Assembly: GCA_944390015.1 (NCBI GenBank)
Contig: CALXOL010000013.1
Span: forward strand, 16,727-80,726
Origin: an uncultured Spirochaetaceae bacterium
Lineage (GTDB): Bacteria > Spirochaetota > Spirochaetia > Sphaerochaetales > Sphaerochaetaceae
Direction: 5' to 3'
Length of the DNA stretch: 64,000 nt
How positions within the stretch are numbered: the first letter of the stretch is position 1; every line of letters begins with the position of its first letter. Positions 40,137 to 49,990 of this stretch are shown piece after piece. The position numbers were made by a program, and so were the translations under genes. The notes beneath the pieces were generated by a model that was not told the DNA's origin, made no database searches, and saw only the letters and a program-made list of their open reading frames with translations.

Positions 40137-40694
40137 TTACTTAGCAAAAGGCATACCGATCTTCTTGAGAAGTGCGAATGCCTCTTCATCAGTCTTTGCT
40201 GTCGTAACAATAGCGACGTTAAGTCCGCTTACTCTCTCGATCTTGTCATAATCGATCTCAGGGAAGATGATCTGCTCTGTGATTCCGAGGCTGTAGTTTC
40301 CATGACCATCGAAAGCATTTGGCTTAACTCCTCTGAAGTCCTTAACACGAGGAAGAGCGATTGAGATAAGGCGCTCAAGGAAATACCACATGTTATCTCC
40401 GCGGAGTGTAACCATGGCTCCGATCTCCTGACCTGCCCTGATCTTGAAGTTAGCAATACTCTTCCTAGCCTTCGTCTTTACGACGTGCTGTCCTGTAATC
40501 TGCTCGAGTTCCTTAACGGCAGCATCAAGAAGCTTCTTATTTACAGTAGCCTCTCCAACGCCAACGCTTACAGTAATCTTCTCGATCTTAGGAATCTGCA
40601 TTACAGTCTTATAACCGAATTCCTTGTAAAGCTCAGGTGCGACTGTCTCAAGATACTTTTTCTTGAAATTTGGGATAAACTTCTCTTCTGCCAT
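40137..40694 (-). CDS. rplE: 50S ribosomal protein L5
   Basis: The conserved body starts at [14 protein letters not shown]. The track ORF extends upstream into rplX, so I prefer the ATG at 40694. Confidence 0.93.
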   Translation of the reverse strand: MAEEKFIPNFKKKYLETVAPELYKEFGYKTVMQIPKIEKITVSVGVGEATVNKKLLDAAVKELEQITGQHVVKTKARKSIANFKIRAGQEIGAMVTLRGDNMWYFLERLISIALPRVKDFRGVKPNAFDGHGNYSLGITEQIIFPEIDYDKIERVSGLNVAIVTTAKTDEEAFALLKKIGMPFAK

Positions 40695-40695
40695 C

Positions 40696-40995
40696 TTAGA
40701 GTACCTCACCTGTCTTCTTTGCGTAACGGATTTTCTTTCCGTTCTCGAACCTGTATCCAACCCTGCTTACCTTGTCCTTTGAGAGCAAAGCAACATTAGA
40801 AACATGGATTGGAGCCTCGACTTCCATCATGCCACCCTTATCCTGAGGACTCTTCTTCTTAATAGTCTTCGTGATCATGTTGGCACCCTGGACGTAGACC
40901 CTTTCTTTTACCGGGTCAATCTTCACGATCTTGCCTACTTTTCCCTTGTCTTTTCCGGCAATGATCTTGACTGTGTCATCTTTCTTCAGTCTCAT
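40696..40995 (-). CDS. rplX: 50S ribosomal protein L24
   Basis: 99 aa. [22 protein letters not shown] motif. Confidence 0.95.
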   Translation of the reverse strand: MRLKKDDTVKIIAGKDKGKVGKIVKIDPVKERVYVQGANMITKTIKKKSPQDKGGMMEVEAPIHVSNVALLSKDKVSRVGYRFENGKKIRYAKKTGEVL

Positions 40996-41003
40996 ACTAT
41001 CTC

Positions 41004-41369
41004 CTACAACACTTCCGGTGCGAGTGAAACGATCTTCATGTAGCCATCCCTGAGCTCACGAGCAACAGGTCCGAAGATACGCTTTCCGCGTGGGTTATTG
41101 TTGGCATCAATGACAACACATGCATTGTCATCGAACCTGATATAGGTACCGTCAGGTCTGCGGTATTCCTTCTTTGTCCTTACAATAACAGCCTTCAAAA
41201 CATCACCCTTCTTAATGGCTCCGTTTGGAAGAGCGTCCTTAACAGCAACAACGATGATATCACCAACACCGGCAATATATCTATGGCTACCGCCAAGAAC
41301 CTTGATGCACTGCACACGCTTTGCACCACTGTTATCTGCTACATTCAAATAAGTCTGCATCTGTACCAT
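41004..41369 (-). CDS. rplN: 50S ribosomal protein L14
   Basis: 121 aa. [17 protein letters not shown]... Confidence 0.95.
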   Translation of the reverse strand: MVQMQTYLNVADNSGAKRVQCIKVLGGSHRYIAGVGDIIVVAVKDALPNGAIKKGDVLKAVIVRTKKEYRRPDGTYIRFDDNACVVIDANNNPRGKRIFGPVARELRDGYMKIVSLAPEVL

Positions 41370-41380
41370 GGCATTACTCC

Positions 41381-41635
41381 TTAGCGTGCTCTCTCGACGA
41401 TTTCAACGAGCCTCCAGCACTTATCCTTAGACAGGTGGCGGCATTCCATAATGCGGACAGTGTCCCCATAGTGTGCTTCGTTGCGCTCATCATGAGCCTT
41501 GAACTTCTTTGTGGAAACCACGTACTTCTTGTAAAGAGGATGAAGTGTCCTGTTAGAAACCTGGACTACGATTGTCTTATCCATCTTATCGCTGACAACA
41601 AGTCCCTGCATAATTTTCTTTCTAGCCTGTATCAT
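41381..41635 (-). CDS. rpsQ: 30S ribosomal protein S17
   Basis: 84 aa. Position and [12 protein letters not shown]...HPLYKK motif. Confidence 0.95.
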   Translation of the reverse strand: MIQARKKIMQGLVVSDKMDKTIVVQVSNRTLHPLYKKYVVSTKKFKAHDERNEAHYGDTVRIMECRHLSKDKCWRLVEIVERAR

Positions 41636-41647
41636 TTCCTTCCTCTC

Positions 41648-41851
41648 TTACTTTGCCTTTGCAATTCCGATATCCACAGCGTGGATTCTGGTATTCAGGC
41701 GTGCAATATCTCTTCTTGTGGTTCTGAGAGCCACAGGATTATCCAAGTGGCTGAGCACTTTCTGCATCCTGAGGTTCACCAGTTCCTTTCTAAGCTTATC
41801 ACGTTCTGCTACTAGCTCTTTGTAGCTAAGATCCTTATAAGATTTCTTCAT
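41648..41851 (-). CDS. rpmC: 50S ribosomal protein L29
   Basis: 67 aa. Position and LRKELVNLRMQ motif. Confidence 0.93.
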   Translation of the reverse strand: MKKSYKDLSYKELVAERDKLRKELVNLRMQKVLSHLDNPVALRTTRRDIARLNTRIHAVDIGIAKAK

Positions 41852-41856
41852 TTCTT

Positions 41857-42273
41857 CTACTCCATATCCGAGCGGACGACGAACTTAGTCTTGATAGGAA
41901 GCTTTGAAGCTGCAAGCTCAAGAGCCTCGCGAGCGAGTGTCTCTTCGACGCCACCCATCTCAAACATGATTGCACCAGTCTTAACTACTGCAACCCATCC
42001 TTCCGGATTTCCCTTACCATTTCCCTGTCTTGTTTCAGCAGGCTTCTTTGTATATGGCATATCAGGGAAGATACGGATCCAAACCTTACCGCCACGCTTT
42101 ACGTGTCTTGTCATTGCAACACGGGCTGCCTCAATCTGGCGGTTAGTAATCCATCTTGGCTCAAGAGCCATAAGTCCATACTCGCCAAATGCCAGGCTGT
42201 TACCCTTATGTGCTACTGCATCGCGTGTTCCGCGCTGCTTCTTTCTGAATTTAATTCTCTTTGGACTAAGCAT
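41857..42273 (-). CDS. rplP: 50S ribosomal protein L16
   Basis: 138 aa. [15 protein letters not shown]... Confidence 0.95.
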   Translation of the reverse strand: MLSPKRIKFRKKQRGTRDAVAHKGNSLAFGEYGLMALEPRWITNRQIEAARVAMTRHVKRGGKVWIRIFPDMPYTKKPAETRQGNGKGNPEGWVAVVKTGAIMFEMGGVEETLAREALELAASKLPIKTKFVVRSDME

Positions 42274-42275
42274 CG

Positions 42276-42980
42276 TTAACTCCTTGCCTCTGATTCAGTC
42301 TTCTTCTTTACGATAGTTCCGACTGTCTCATCTTCAGCCTTTGCACGGTTAAAGATCTCACCATTGAAAACCCAAACCTTAATGCCGATCGCACCAAAGC
42401 TAGTATTAGCTGTCGTAAAGCCGTAATCAATGTCAGAGCGAAGAGTGTGTAGAGGAACACGTCCCTCCTTCATCCACTCTGTTCTTGCAATCTCAGCTCC
42501 GCCAAGACGACCAGAACACATGACCTTTACACCCTGAGCTCCACCTGCCATTGCCTTAGAAACAGCGTTCTTCATTGCACGGCGGAAAGCTCCTCTGGCC
42601 TCAAGAGTACGAGCAATGTTCTGAGCAATAAGCTGAGCATTTGTCTCACTCTTCTTAATCTCCTTGATCTTGATCTGGAGATTCTTATCTGTCAGCTTCT
42701 GAAGCTTCTGAGCGATTTTCTCAACTGTAGCACCCTTTGTACCAATGATGATTCCAGGGCGTGCTGTTGAGATTACGAGAGTAACACGCTGCGGCTTGCG
42801 GATGATTTCCACATCAGCAGTCTCTGCACTCTGAACCTCAGGGCATGCAAGAAGAGCCTTTCTGAGGACGAGATCCTCATGAAGGGTATCTGCATACTCC
42901 TTGCGATCTACATACCACTTTGACTTCCAAGTCTTGTTGATACCAAGTCTAAGTCCGATTGGATTAACTTTCTGGCCCAT
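42276..42980 (-). CDS. rpsC: 30S ribosomal protein S3
   Basis: 234 aa. [14 protein letters not shown]... Confidence 0.95.
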   Translation of the reverse strand: MGQKVNPIGLRLGINKTWKSKWYVDRKEYADTLHEDLVLRKALLACPEVQSAETADVEIIRKPQRVTLVISTARPGIIIGTKGATVEKIAQKLQKLTDKNLQIKIKEIKKSETNAQLIAQNIARTLEARGAFRRAMKNAVSKAMAGGAQGVKVMCSGRLGGAEIARTEWMKEGRVPLHTLRSDIDYGFTTANTSFGAIGIKVWVFNGEIFNRAKAEDETVGTIVKKKTESEARS

Positions 42981-43333
42981 TACTTACCTACCTTCTCATC
43001 TACGATGACTGTGATATGACTCATCCTCTTAAGAAGAATGTCACGCCTTCCATGAGAGCGTGGCCATACCCTCTTGAGCCTTGGGCCATCATCTACATAG
43101 ATAGCAGAAACATAGAGGGAATCCTCATCAAGTTTCCTGTTCTGGTAAAGTGCATTAGCACCTGCTGACTTCAATACCTTGGCAATAAGACGTGCACCCT
43201 TCTGTGGCATTGCATTCAAAATAGCCTCAGCCTGAGGATAGCTCTTGCCTCTGATTAAATCTGCGACAGGGCGTACCTTAGAAGGTGAAACCATTAAATA
43301 TTTGGCAATTGCTTTATAACCTTTAGTTTCCAT
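42980..43333 (-). CDS. rplV: 50S ribosomal protein L22
   Basis: 117 aa. Position and SPSKVRPVADLIRGK motif. Confidence 0.95.
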   Translation of the reverse strand: METKGYKAIAKYLMVSPSKVRPVADLIRGKSYPQAEAILNAMPQKGARLIAKVLKSAGANALYQNRKLDEDSLYVSAIYVDDGPRLKRVWPRSHGRRDILLKRMSHITVIVDEKVGK

Positions 43334-43344
43334 ATAACACCTAC

Positions 43345-43617
43345 TTATTTACCCTTCTTGTCAGATGCATGACCGCGGAAGATACGTGTAGGAGCAAACT
43401 CACCGAGCTTATGTCCTACAAGGTTTTCAGTAACATATACTGGAACCCAGGTCTTGCCATTATAAACGGAGATGGTGTATCCAACCATTTCTGGGATGAT
43501 TGTAGAACTACGTGAGTAGGTCTTAACCATCTGCTTCTGACCAGCTTTGTTTGATTCTAAAATCCTCTTCTCAAGACTTGCGTCAATAAAAGGACCTTTC
43601 TTAATTGACCTTGACAC
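43345..43617 (-). CDS. rpsS: 30S ribosomal protein S19
   Basis: 90 aa. [12 protein letters not shown]... Confidence 0.95.
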   Translation of the reverse strand: MSRSIKKGPFIDASLEKRILESNKAGQKQMVKTYSRSSTIIPEMVGYTISVYNGKTWVPVYVTENLVGHKLGEFAPTRIFRGHASDKKGK

Positions 43618-43626
43618 TTTCTACTC

Positions 43627-44451
43627 CTACTTGCGCTTCTTAACGATAAACTTATTGGAAGGTTTCTTCTTACTGCGTGTCTTAGCACCCTTAGTCGGCT
43701 TACCCCAAGGAGTAACCGGATGACGACCTGCAGCTGTCTTTCCTTCACCACCTCCATGTGGGTGGTCAACTGGGTTCATTACAACACCTCTTACCTTTGG
43801 CCTTCTTCCAAGATGTCTGGAAGCACCAGCCTTTCCAAGAGAAATGTTCATGTGATCCTCGTTTCCGAGCTCACCGATTGTGGCATAGCACTCACCGAAG
43901 ACCATTCTCATCTCTCCTGATGGGAGGCGAAGTGTTACGTAATCTCCTTCCTTAGCTATGATTGTTGCGCCTAACCCTGCTGCTCTTACAAGCTGTCCAC
44001 CGCGTCCAAGGGTGAGTTCAACATTGTGCACGGTAAGACCAAGGGGAATGTTCTTGAGAGGAAGAGCGTTACCAACAGCAAGAGGAGCGTTAGGTCCGCT
44101 AACGATCTCAGTTCCTACTGTAAGTCCCTTAGGTGCAATGATATAGCGCTTTTCGCCGTCCTTATAGAAGACGAGTGCGATGTTCGCAGATCTGTTAGGA
44201 TCGTATTCAATCGTCTTAACAATTCCTGGAACGCCATACTTGTCTCTCTTAAAGTCAATAATTCTATATGCTCTCTTATGTCCACCGCCACGGCGACGTA
44301 CGCTGATACGACCGAACGTATCGCGTCCAGCCCTACTTGGCAAAGAGATTACGAGGGACTTCTCCGGTCTCTCAGCTGTAATCTCAGAGCGGACTAAGAT
44401 CGTTCTCTGGCGGAGGCCAGGAGTATTTGGTTTATATGATTTAAGTGCCAT
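43627..44451 (-). CDS. rplB: 50S ribosomal protein L2
   Basis: 274 aa. [14 protein letters not shown] motif. Confidence 0.95.
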   Translation of the reverse strand: MALKSYKPNTPGLRQRTILVRSEITAERPEKSLVISLPSRAGRDTFGRISVRRRGGGHKRAYRIIDFKRDKYGVPGIVKTIEYDPNRSANIALVFYKDGEKRYIIAPKGLTVGTEIVSGPNAPLAVGNALPLKNIPLGLTVHNVELTLGRGGQLVRAAGLGATIIAKEGDYVTLRLPSGEMRMVFGECYATIGELGNEDHMNISLGKAGASRHLGRRPKVRGVVMNPVDHPHGGGEGKTAAGRHPVTPWGKPTKGAKTRSKKKPSNKFIVKKRK

Positions 44452-44466
44452 CTCTCTCCTCCTCCA

Positions 44467-44766
44467 TTAACCTTCTATGGCTGCGATGCTCTCGCCCTTA
44501 GCCAATGTAACAACAGCCTTCTTCCAAGATACGGTGTAGCCCTTGATGGCTCCACCCTTTCCTCTTGAATACTTTGGCTTGCCCTTAACATTCATCACGT
44601 TGCAAGAAATGCAGTTTACACCGAAAAGCTCCTTACAAGCCTTCATGATTTCAAACTTGTTTGCCTTCGGGTCTACACGGAAAGTATACTTTTTGCATTC
44701 AGCTTCACGTGCAAGATTTGATTTCTCGCTTAAGATTGGTCTAATAATTACCTGATCTGCTCTCAT
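44467..44766 (-). CDS. rplW: 50S ribosomal protein L23
   Basis: 99 aa. Position and IIRPILSEKS motif. Confidence 0.93.
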   Translation of the reverse strand: MRADQVIIRPILSEKSNLAREAECKKYTFRVDPKANKFEIMKACKELFGVNCISCNVMNVKGKPKYSRGKGGAIKGYTVSWKKAVVTLAKGESIAAIEG

Positions 44767-44776
44767 CTCTTACCCC

Positions 44777-45406
44777 TTAGTTCTCACCATAGAAATCATT
44801 AAGGTTGGTGCAAGCGCCTTCAAGGATGAGAATCTTTCTTCCATAAAGGAGCTCTTTTGCACAGAGCTTGTCATAGCAGAGTACGTGAAGGTAAGGAATG
44901 TTCCTTGCAGCACGGCGTAGCATGACATCATCATCCTTCATAATGATAACGGTGCGCTGATCTTCAGTGTTAAAAGCCTTCATAATGCGGACAAGGTCCT
45001 TAGTCTTACCATTCTCGCTGGTAAAGTCCTCAATGACCTGGAGCCTTCCATCCTCAACACTCATTGAGAGGAGACTCTTAAGAGCCAAACGCTTTACCTT
45101 CTTTGGTAAGCTGTAGCTATAATCTCTTGGCTTAGGTCCAAAAATCGTACCGCCACCAACGGAGATTGGGGACTTCTTATCACCCCTTCTTGCATTACCA
45201 GTTCCCTTCTGCTTATAAGGCTTGGTATTGCTGTAATTGACCTCAGCACGGGTCTTTGTGCAAGCAGTTCCAACTCTTCTGTTAGCTGCTTCATTTCTTA
45301 TTGCATGGTAGATTGCGCCAGTTGAAACCTCAACTCCGAAAACATTCTCGCTGAGATTTATTGTGCGGATCTCCTCACCTGTAGTAGAAAAAACCTTCTG
45401 TTCCAT
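44777..45406 (-). CDS. rplD: 50S ribosomal protein L4
   Basis: 209 aa. KPYKQKGTGNARRG motif. Confidence 0.95.
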   Translation of the reverse strand: MEQKVFSTTGEEIRTINLSENVFGVEVSTGAIYHAIRNEAANRRVGTACTKTRAEVNYSNTKPYKQKGTGNARRGDKKSPISVGGGTIFGPKPRDYSYSLPKKVKRLALKSLLSMSVEDGRLQVIEDFTSENGKTKDLVRIMKAFNTEDQRTVIIMKDDDVMLRRAARNIPYLHVLCYDKLCAKELLYGRKILILEGACTNLNDFYGEN

Positions 45407-45418
45407 ATCCTAACTCCA

Positions 45419-46039
45419 CTACTTCTTAATCGCTTTCTTTACGATCACAGTGCTCTGAGTTGGGCCAGGAATAGCGCCCTTTACCATGAGAACCTGCATA
45501 TCGCTATCGATTGCTACAACCTTAAGGTTCTGTACGGTCACTCTCTCGTCGCCCATATGTCCAGCCATTCTGTGGCCCTTGAATGTGCGAGCTGGAGTTG
45601 AGCTCATAGCTGTACCTCCAAGATCTCTGTGGAACTTGGAACCGTGAGTTGCTCTACCACCGCCAAAGCCATAGCGTTTCATACCGCCCTGGAAGCCCTT
45701 ACCTTTGCTTGTTCCTGTAACATCGACAAATGTTACATCTTTGAACAGGTCAACACCGAGCTTGTCACCAACTTTGGTTTCCTGGTCGAAGTCCCTCATC
45801 TCCATAACAACGGCCTTTGGTTCGCAGACATCCTTGAACTGGCCAGCATATGGCTTTGTGATCTGACTTTTCTTCTTGTCTCCAGTTGCGAGAACTGCTG
45901 CTGAATAGCCATTCTTATCTTCAGTTCTATTTGCAATGACGACATTATCTTCAATTTTAATTACTGTCACAGGGGTGAGTCTGCCGTTTTCGTCAAACAC
46001 CTGTGTCATTCCAACTTTTTTGCCGATAAGCCCTAACAT
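45419..46039 (-). CDS. rplC: 50S ribosomal protein L3
   Basis: 206 aa. MLGLIGKKVGMTQVF... and GKGFQGGMKR. Confidence 0.95.
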   Translation of the reverse strand: MLGLIGKKVGMTQVFDENGRLTPVTVIKIEDNVVIANRTEDKNGYSAAVLATGDKKKSQITKPYAGQFKDVCEPKAVVMEMRDFDQETKVGDKLGVDLFKDVTFVDVTGTSKGKGFQGGMKRYGFGGGRATHGSKFHRDLGGTAMSSTPARTFKGHRMAGHMGDERVTVQNLKVVAIDSDMQVLMVKGAIPGPTQSTVIVKKAIKK

Positions 46040-46053
46040 CTCTTACCTCAACT

Positions 46054-46368
46054 TTACTGTCTAATTTCTACGTCCACACCGGCTGGAAGTTCAAGCTTCA
46101 TAAGGGCTTCCACAACTTTCTGAGTTGGGTCCAATATGTCAATTAACCTCTTGTGTGTTCTCATCTCGAACTGCTCGCGACTCTTCTTATTAACGTGAGG
46201 TGATCTCAAGACAGTATACTTATTGATACGAGTCGGAAGTGGTACGGGACCTGATACTTTTGCTCCCGCCTTAACAACGGTCTGAACAATTGCCTTTGAA
46301 CTCTGTTCTACTAATTCTGTTTCGAAACCTGTTAACTTGACTCGAATTCTCTCATTTGCCATTTTCAA
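46054..46368 (-). CDS. rpsJ: 30S ribosomal protein S10
   Basis: 104 aa. IRVKLTGFE...[15 protein letters not shown]. The start could be the second ATG, 2 codons in. Confidence 0.95.
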   Translation of the reverse strand: MKMANERIRVKLTGFETELVEQSSKAIVQTVVKAGAKVSGPVPLPTRINKYTVLRSPHVNKKSREQFEMRTHKRLIDILDPTQKVVEALMKLELPAGVDVEIRQ

Positions 46369-46383
46369 AAATCTCCAAAAATC

Positions 46384-46416
46384 AAAAATACCGACCGAGG
46401 TTCATACAAACCCCGG
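46384..46416 (-). terminator. hairpin plus U-rich tract between tuf and rpsJ (partial terminator/attenuator)
   Basis: Minus strand reads CCGGGGTT-TGTATG-AACCTCGG (8 bp, one G.U), followed by TCGGTATTTTTGATTTTTGG. Confidence 0.5.
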
Positions 46417-46427
46417 CCAGCTTTAGG

Positions 46428-47618
46428 TTAGTCCTGAATCTCAGTAACCTGACCGGATGCTACAGTGCGTCCACCCTCACGGATAGCGAAGCGAAGACCC
46501 TTGTCCATAGCAACTGGGTGAATGAGTTCAACATTGATCTCAGTGTGGTCACCAGGCATAACCATTTCCTTTCCTGCTGGAAGGTGGCATGTACCTGTGA
46601 TATCGGTTGTTCTGAAATAGAACTGTGGGCGATATCCATCGAAGAATGGGGAGTGTCTTCCACCCTCTTCCTTGCTGAGAACGTAGATTGTTCCTGTGAA
46701 CTTTGCGTGTGGTGTGATTGAACCTGGCTTTGCAAGAACCTGTCCTCTTACAACTTCCTTCTTATCTACACCTCTGAGAAGTGCTCCGATGTTATCTCCA
46801 GCCTGTCCCTCATCGAGAAGCTTGTTGAACATCTCAACACCTGTAACAACTGTGTTCTTTGTCTCACGGATACCAACGATTGATACTGGATCGTTTACGT
46901 GGATTACACCGCGCTCAACTCTTCCCGTAACAACAGTTCCTCTTCCGCTGATTGAGAAGATGTCCTCAATTGGCATAAGGAATGGCTGATCAACAGCACG
47001 TGCAGGAAGTGGGATGTACTCATCCATTGCGTCAAGAAGCTCGTCGATGCACTTGGTTGCTTCTGGATTGTCTGGCTGAGTCATAGCAAGGTATGCGCTT
47101 CCCTTGATAACAGGGCATCCTGCTCCGTCGAAGCCATACTCTGTGAGAAGGTCTCTCATCTCCTCTTCTACGAGTTCGATAAGATCTGGGTCATCAACCT
47201 GGTCACACTTGTTGATGAATACGATGATTGCAGGTACACCAACCTGGCGGGCAAGAAGGATGTGCTCCTTTGTCTGAGCCATAGCACCGTCTGTAGCAGC
47301 TACTACGATAATAGCTCCGTCCATCTGTGCAGCACCAGTAATCATGTTCTTGATGTAGTCAGCGTGGCCCGGGCAGTCAACGTGTGCATAGTGTCTGTTC
47401 TTTGACTGGTACTCAACGTGACGGGTATTGATTGTGATACCTCTTTCCTTTTCCTCTGGTGCGTTGTCAATTGCATCATAAGCAAGAGCCTTGTCACCGA
47501 AAAGCTTTGCACAGTGCATTGTGATAGCAGCTGTGAGAGTTGTCTTACCGTGGTCAACGTGACCGATAGTACCAACGTTTACGTGTGGCTTCGTTCTTTC
47601 GAATTTTTCCTTAGCCAT
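46428..47618 (-). CDS. tuf: elongation factor Tu
   Basis: [28 protein letters not shown]... The ATG at 47618 lies 6 nt after AGGAGG. The track start at 47645 is a GTG upstream extension. Confidence 0.97.
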   Translation of the reverse strand: MAKEKFERTKPHVNVGTIGHVDHGKTTLTAAITMHCAKLFGDKALAYDAIDNAPEEKERGITINTRHVEYQSKNRHYAHVDCPGHADYIKNMITGAAQMDGAIIVVAATDGAMAQTKEHILLARQVGVPAIIVFINKCDQVDDPDLIELVEEEMRDLLTEYGFDGAGCPVIKGSAYLAMTQPDNPEATKCIDELLDAMDEYIPLPARAVDQPFLMPIEDIFSISGRGTVVTGRVERGVIHVNDPVSIVGIRETKNTVVTGVEMFNKLLDEGQAGDNIGALLRGVDKKEVVRGQVLAKPGSITPHAKFTGTIYVLSKEEGGRHSPFFDGYRPQFYFRTTDITGTCHLPAGKEMVMPGDHTEINVELIHPVAMDKGLRFAIREGGRTVASGQVTEIQD

Positions 47619-47646
47619 CAGTTTCCTCCTTGTGACTCTAGTCACA

Positions 47647-47872
47647 ACTCAAAAATAAAAAATATATCATAAAGGCCCAAGCCTTTACTGGTTTGCGAGA
47701 TTAAACTGATTGCTTTTGTACTGTTCTTTAGGTTTCCAGAGGTCAGCAGGGCACGCCTGACGACTTACGCATTAAATTCTACAAAAAATCCACGCATCTG
47801 GAACCACCTGAACTGCAACTTAGGCAATCGGTTTGGCTCTCCGTCTCCACAGAATTATCCCCATAGAGACAC
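47647..47872 (-). ncRNA. long (~250 nt) structured 5' leader of tuf, or an independent small RNA (candidate only)
   Basis: Lies between a near-consensus promoter and the tuf SD. Long-range complementarity is visible: GATTGC/GCAATC and GGTTCCAGA/TCTGGAAACC arms. There is an AAAGGC-TTGG-GCCTTT hairpin, and a TGTGAC-TAGA-GTCACA hairpin abuts the SD. Confidence 0.3.
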
Positions 47873-47879
47873 CTTGACC

Positions 47880-47908
47880 ATAATAGAAAATAATTAAAAA
47901 CGTGTCAA
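47880..47908 (-). promoter_or_regulatory. near-consensus sigma70 promoter upstream of tuf
   Basis: Minus strand reads TTGACA (47908-47903), a 17-nt spacer, then TATTAT (47885-47880). Confidence 0.65.
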
Positions 47909-47927
47909 CACTATTTCAGAAAAAGAT

Positions 47928-49289
47928 TTAAGCCTGTTTCTCATGGTGCTTATCACTTACCACCCTCATGAGCTTTATAAGGATGACGAGAGCCACGACT
48001 GCCGTTGCAAACGTTGCTGCCGTGATGTTCGACAAGAGCCCTATCTGCCCTACCGGGTATAAAAGCACTATAAAAAGAATTGGAAACACAAACGCCTGCG
48101 ATACGGATATCATAGTCGCATATAATGGCTTCCCGATGGAGGCTGAGAAGCTCTGGGTCGAGAAATTAAGCCATCTTATCAGGTAATTGAAAGCGAATAT
48201 AATGATCGCAAGATGCGCACCGCTTATTATATCTGCCGCATCGGAGACAAACAGGGCGGCAGTTCCTTCAGGAAATAGCATGAGGACGGCAAAAGCAAGA
48301 AGACACAGACTGATTGAGGCTGTATAGCAGCATCTCTCAATCGCCCTTACCCTATCCTTTCGTCCTGCACCCCAGTTATAGCCGACAGCAGGCTGCAGGC
48401 TGTCACAAAGCCCATACATCGTAGGAAGAACCAAACCGTCGATGCTCATGAGAATTCCATATATGGATACCGCCGTAGCTCCCCCAACTGCGAGTAGAGC
48501 CGCATTCATCACAATTGATACTATACGCCCCGACATGTTGCTTAAGAATGACGGAAGTCCATTCGATACGATCACCTTGATCATATGGAGCTTGAATTCA
48601 GGCCGTCTGAAGTGAAGAGTCATCCGCCCCTTAAGGAAAGGATACATATATGTACAGGTTGTAATCAGCATTCCCAAAGAAGAGGCCAATGCGGCAAAAG
48701 CGATGGGAAGTCGCAAAAGGACAAGAAATATAAGCTGGAAACTGAAGCACATAACACTCATGAATATATTCACGAACATGCTACGATTGATCCTACCGCT
48801 TATCCTCGTATAGTTATCAAAAGCAAAAGACATGGAGGCAAATGGTGCGAATACGGCATAGACCCTCATATAAGACGTAGCCTGTGCAACTATTTCAGCA
48901 GAGGCCCCCATGGCCTGGAAAATGAATGGGGCTGCGATATAGAAAAAGATGCCGGAAATCAAACCAAAAAGGAAAATAAGAACCACGGCAAGGGAAAACA
49001 CCTTATTGGCTTCCTCGCTCTTTCCCTGGCCCAGTTTAATCGATATAGGAACGGAAGATCCTACCCCGACAAGATCTGCGAGGGCGAATGCAATCAGGAT
49101 AAAAGGCATTGCAAGGTTAAGACCTGCAAAAGCATCTTCTCCAAGCATCCTGCCTACGAATATCGTCTCAGTAAGGTAATATGTGGAAGAGGCAAGCATC
49201 CCGATAGCTCCGGGAAGAGATGCCTTAAAAAACAATCTGACAGGTTTTGTTGAAATAAACAACTTCTCAGAATCTTTTAAATCACTCAT
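47928..49289 (-). CDS. MATE-family efflux transporter
   Basis: 453 aa, ~12 TM segments, typical MATE N-terminus (PVRLFFKASLPGAIGMLASS). Confidence 0.85.
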   Translation of the reverse strand: MSDLKDSEKLFISTKPVRLFFKASLPGAIGMLASSTYYLTETIFVGRMLGEDAFAGLNLAMPFILIAFALADLVGVGSSVPISIKLGQGKSEEANKVFSLAVVLIFLFGLISGIFFYIAAPFIFQAMGASAEIVAQATSYMRVYAVFAPFASMSFAFDNYTRISGRINRSMFVNIFMSVMCFSFQLIFLVLLRLPIAFAALASSLGMLITTCTYMYPFLKGRMTLHFRRPEFKLHMIKVIVSNGLPSFLSNMSGRIVSIVMNAALLAVGGATAVSIYGILMSIDGLVLPTMYGLCDSLQPAVGYNWGAGRKDRVRAIERCCYTASISLCLLAFAVLMLFPEGTAALFVSDAADIISGAHLAIIIFAFNYLIRWLNFSTQSFSASIGKPLYATMISVSQAFVFPILFIVLLYPVGQIGLLSNITAATFATAVVALVILIKLMRVVSDKHHEKQA

Positions 49290-49355
49290 ATTTATCCGTC
49301 CAACAGAATAATCTAAACCATAGAGTTACTCCATAGTCAAGAAGGATGAGCCTCC

Positions 49356-49832
49356 CTATCTGAGCAAGAAAGATGCCCACTCCCCATGATAGTCATCCAC
49401 ATGATTTTTCCAATAGAACAGCCGGGTGACATACTCCTCTTTCCTTTCTTCAACCATTTTCACGCTCCCATCAAGACCATGTTCAAGCACTATGGATGTA
49501 AGGTCGTATATCGGATAGCCGATGGCCTGTCCTGGAGTATGCACAACAGAACATGCCTGTGCTATGGCATAACACAAAGCAGCATCTTCCTTTAAAGAGA
49601 CCTCTTTTGCAAATGCATGACAGTCCAAGATAGCCCTCTGAGCCTTTCTCATTTTAATCTTTCCTTCAGCCCAGGAGTGTGCTGCAGATAGCGCTACCTC
49701 AGGTCTAATTTCACTTGGATATCTTCTCTTAAGCTCAGCAACAGACTCGGATGCGAAATCAAAAGCCCAAAGGACAAGAGTTCTATGATTCTCCGCCCTA
49801 AAAAGAGATAGCAGATCATCGAAAAACTCCAT
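49356..49832 (-). CDS. hypothetical all-helical protein; I weakly recall resemblance to 'putative immunity protein' families
   Basis: 158 aa. The start codon lies 12 nt downstream of the tnpB stop with no obvious SD. The pattern LVLWAFDFASESV...RPEVALSAAHSWAEGKIKMRKAQRAILDCHAFAKE resembles helical-repeat immunity-like proteins; this assignment is low confidence. Confidence 0.45.
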   Translation of the reverse strand: MEFFDDLLSLFRAENHRTLVLWAFDFASESVAELKRRYPSEIRPEVALSAAHSWAEGKIKMRKAQRAILDCHAFAKEVSLKEDAALCYAIAQACSVVHTPGQAIGYPIYDLTSIVLEHGLDGSVKMVEERKEEYVTRLFYWKNHVDDYHGEWASFLLR

Positions 49833-49990
49833 ATCTTTTGAAAGTCAACGACCTTCAGGCAAGCCTGAAGGCTTGGACGTGAGCGTTTTATCCAGAGGTT
49901 CCGTCTCCGGTTTACCTCTGACACTCCATCCATACGGCTGATTGATTGCAGCCTGCCCAAGCTTCAGGGCCCGGGTAATGTAGTTATCGC
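49815..49990 (-). ncRNA. candidate omegaRNA (reRNA) scaffold and guide region of the TnpB element
   Basis: The 3' end of tnpB carries a perfect hairpin, CCTTCAGG-CTTG-CCTGAAGG (49852-49871). An upstream segment (49957-49968) is complementary to the same arm. The location matches where TnpB omegaRNAs are encoded. Confidence 0.35.

Noticed and set aside
39702-40364. 220-aa + strand ORF, with similar long + strand ORFs at 36735-37238, 41321-41815, 41891-42316 and 48585-49253
   Set aside because: They are antisense shadows of highly conserved ribosomal-protein, secY or MATE genes. Their composition is low-complexity or atypical and they have no recognisable motifs.
47690-47840. c-di-GMP-I (GEMM)-like riboswitch suggested by GCCAAACC and CGCAAACC strings in the tuf leader
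   Set aside because: Only the short AAACC strings match. The surrounding helices and the tetraloop/receptor arrangement of GEMM-I are not apparent, and a riboswitch in front of tuf has no precedent I know of.
47646-47927. tRNA genes upstream of tuf
   Set aside because: I saw no T-loop-like GGTTCGAATCC (or its complement), no cloverleaf-compatible arms and no CCA ends on either strand.
49290-49355. CCATAG direct repeat and TTGACT hexamer upstream of the MATE gene as a defined promoter or operator
   Set aside because: The -10 candidates at suitable spacing are poor (TTTAGA, TAGATT), and the repeat is only 6 nt, so the evidence is insufficient.
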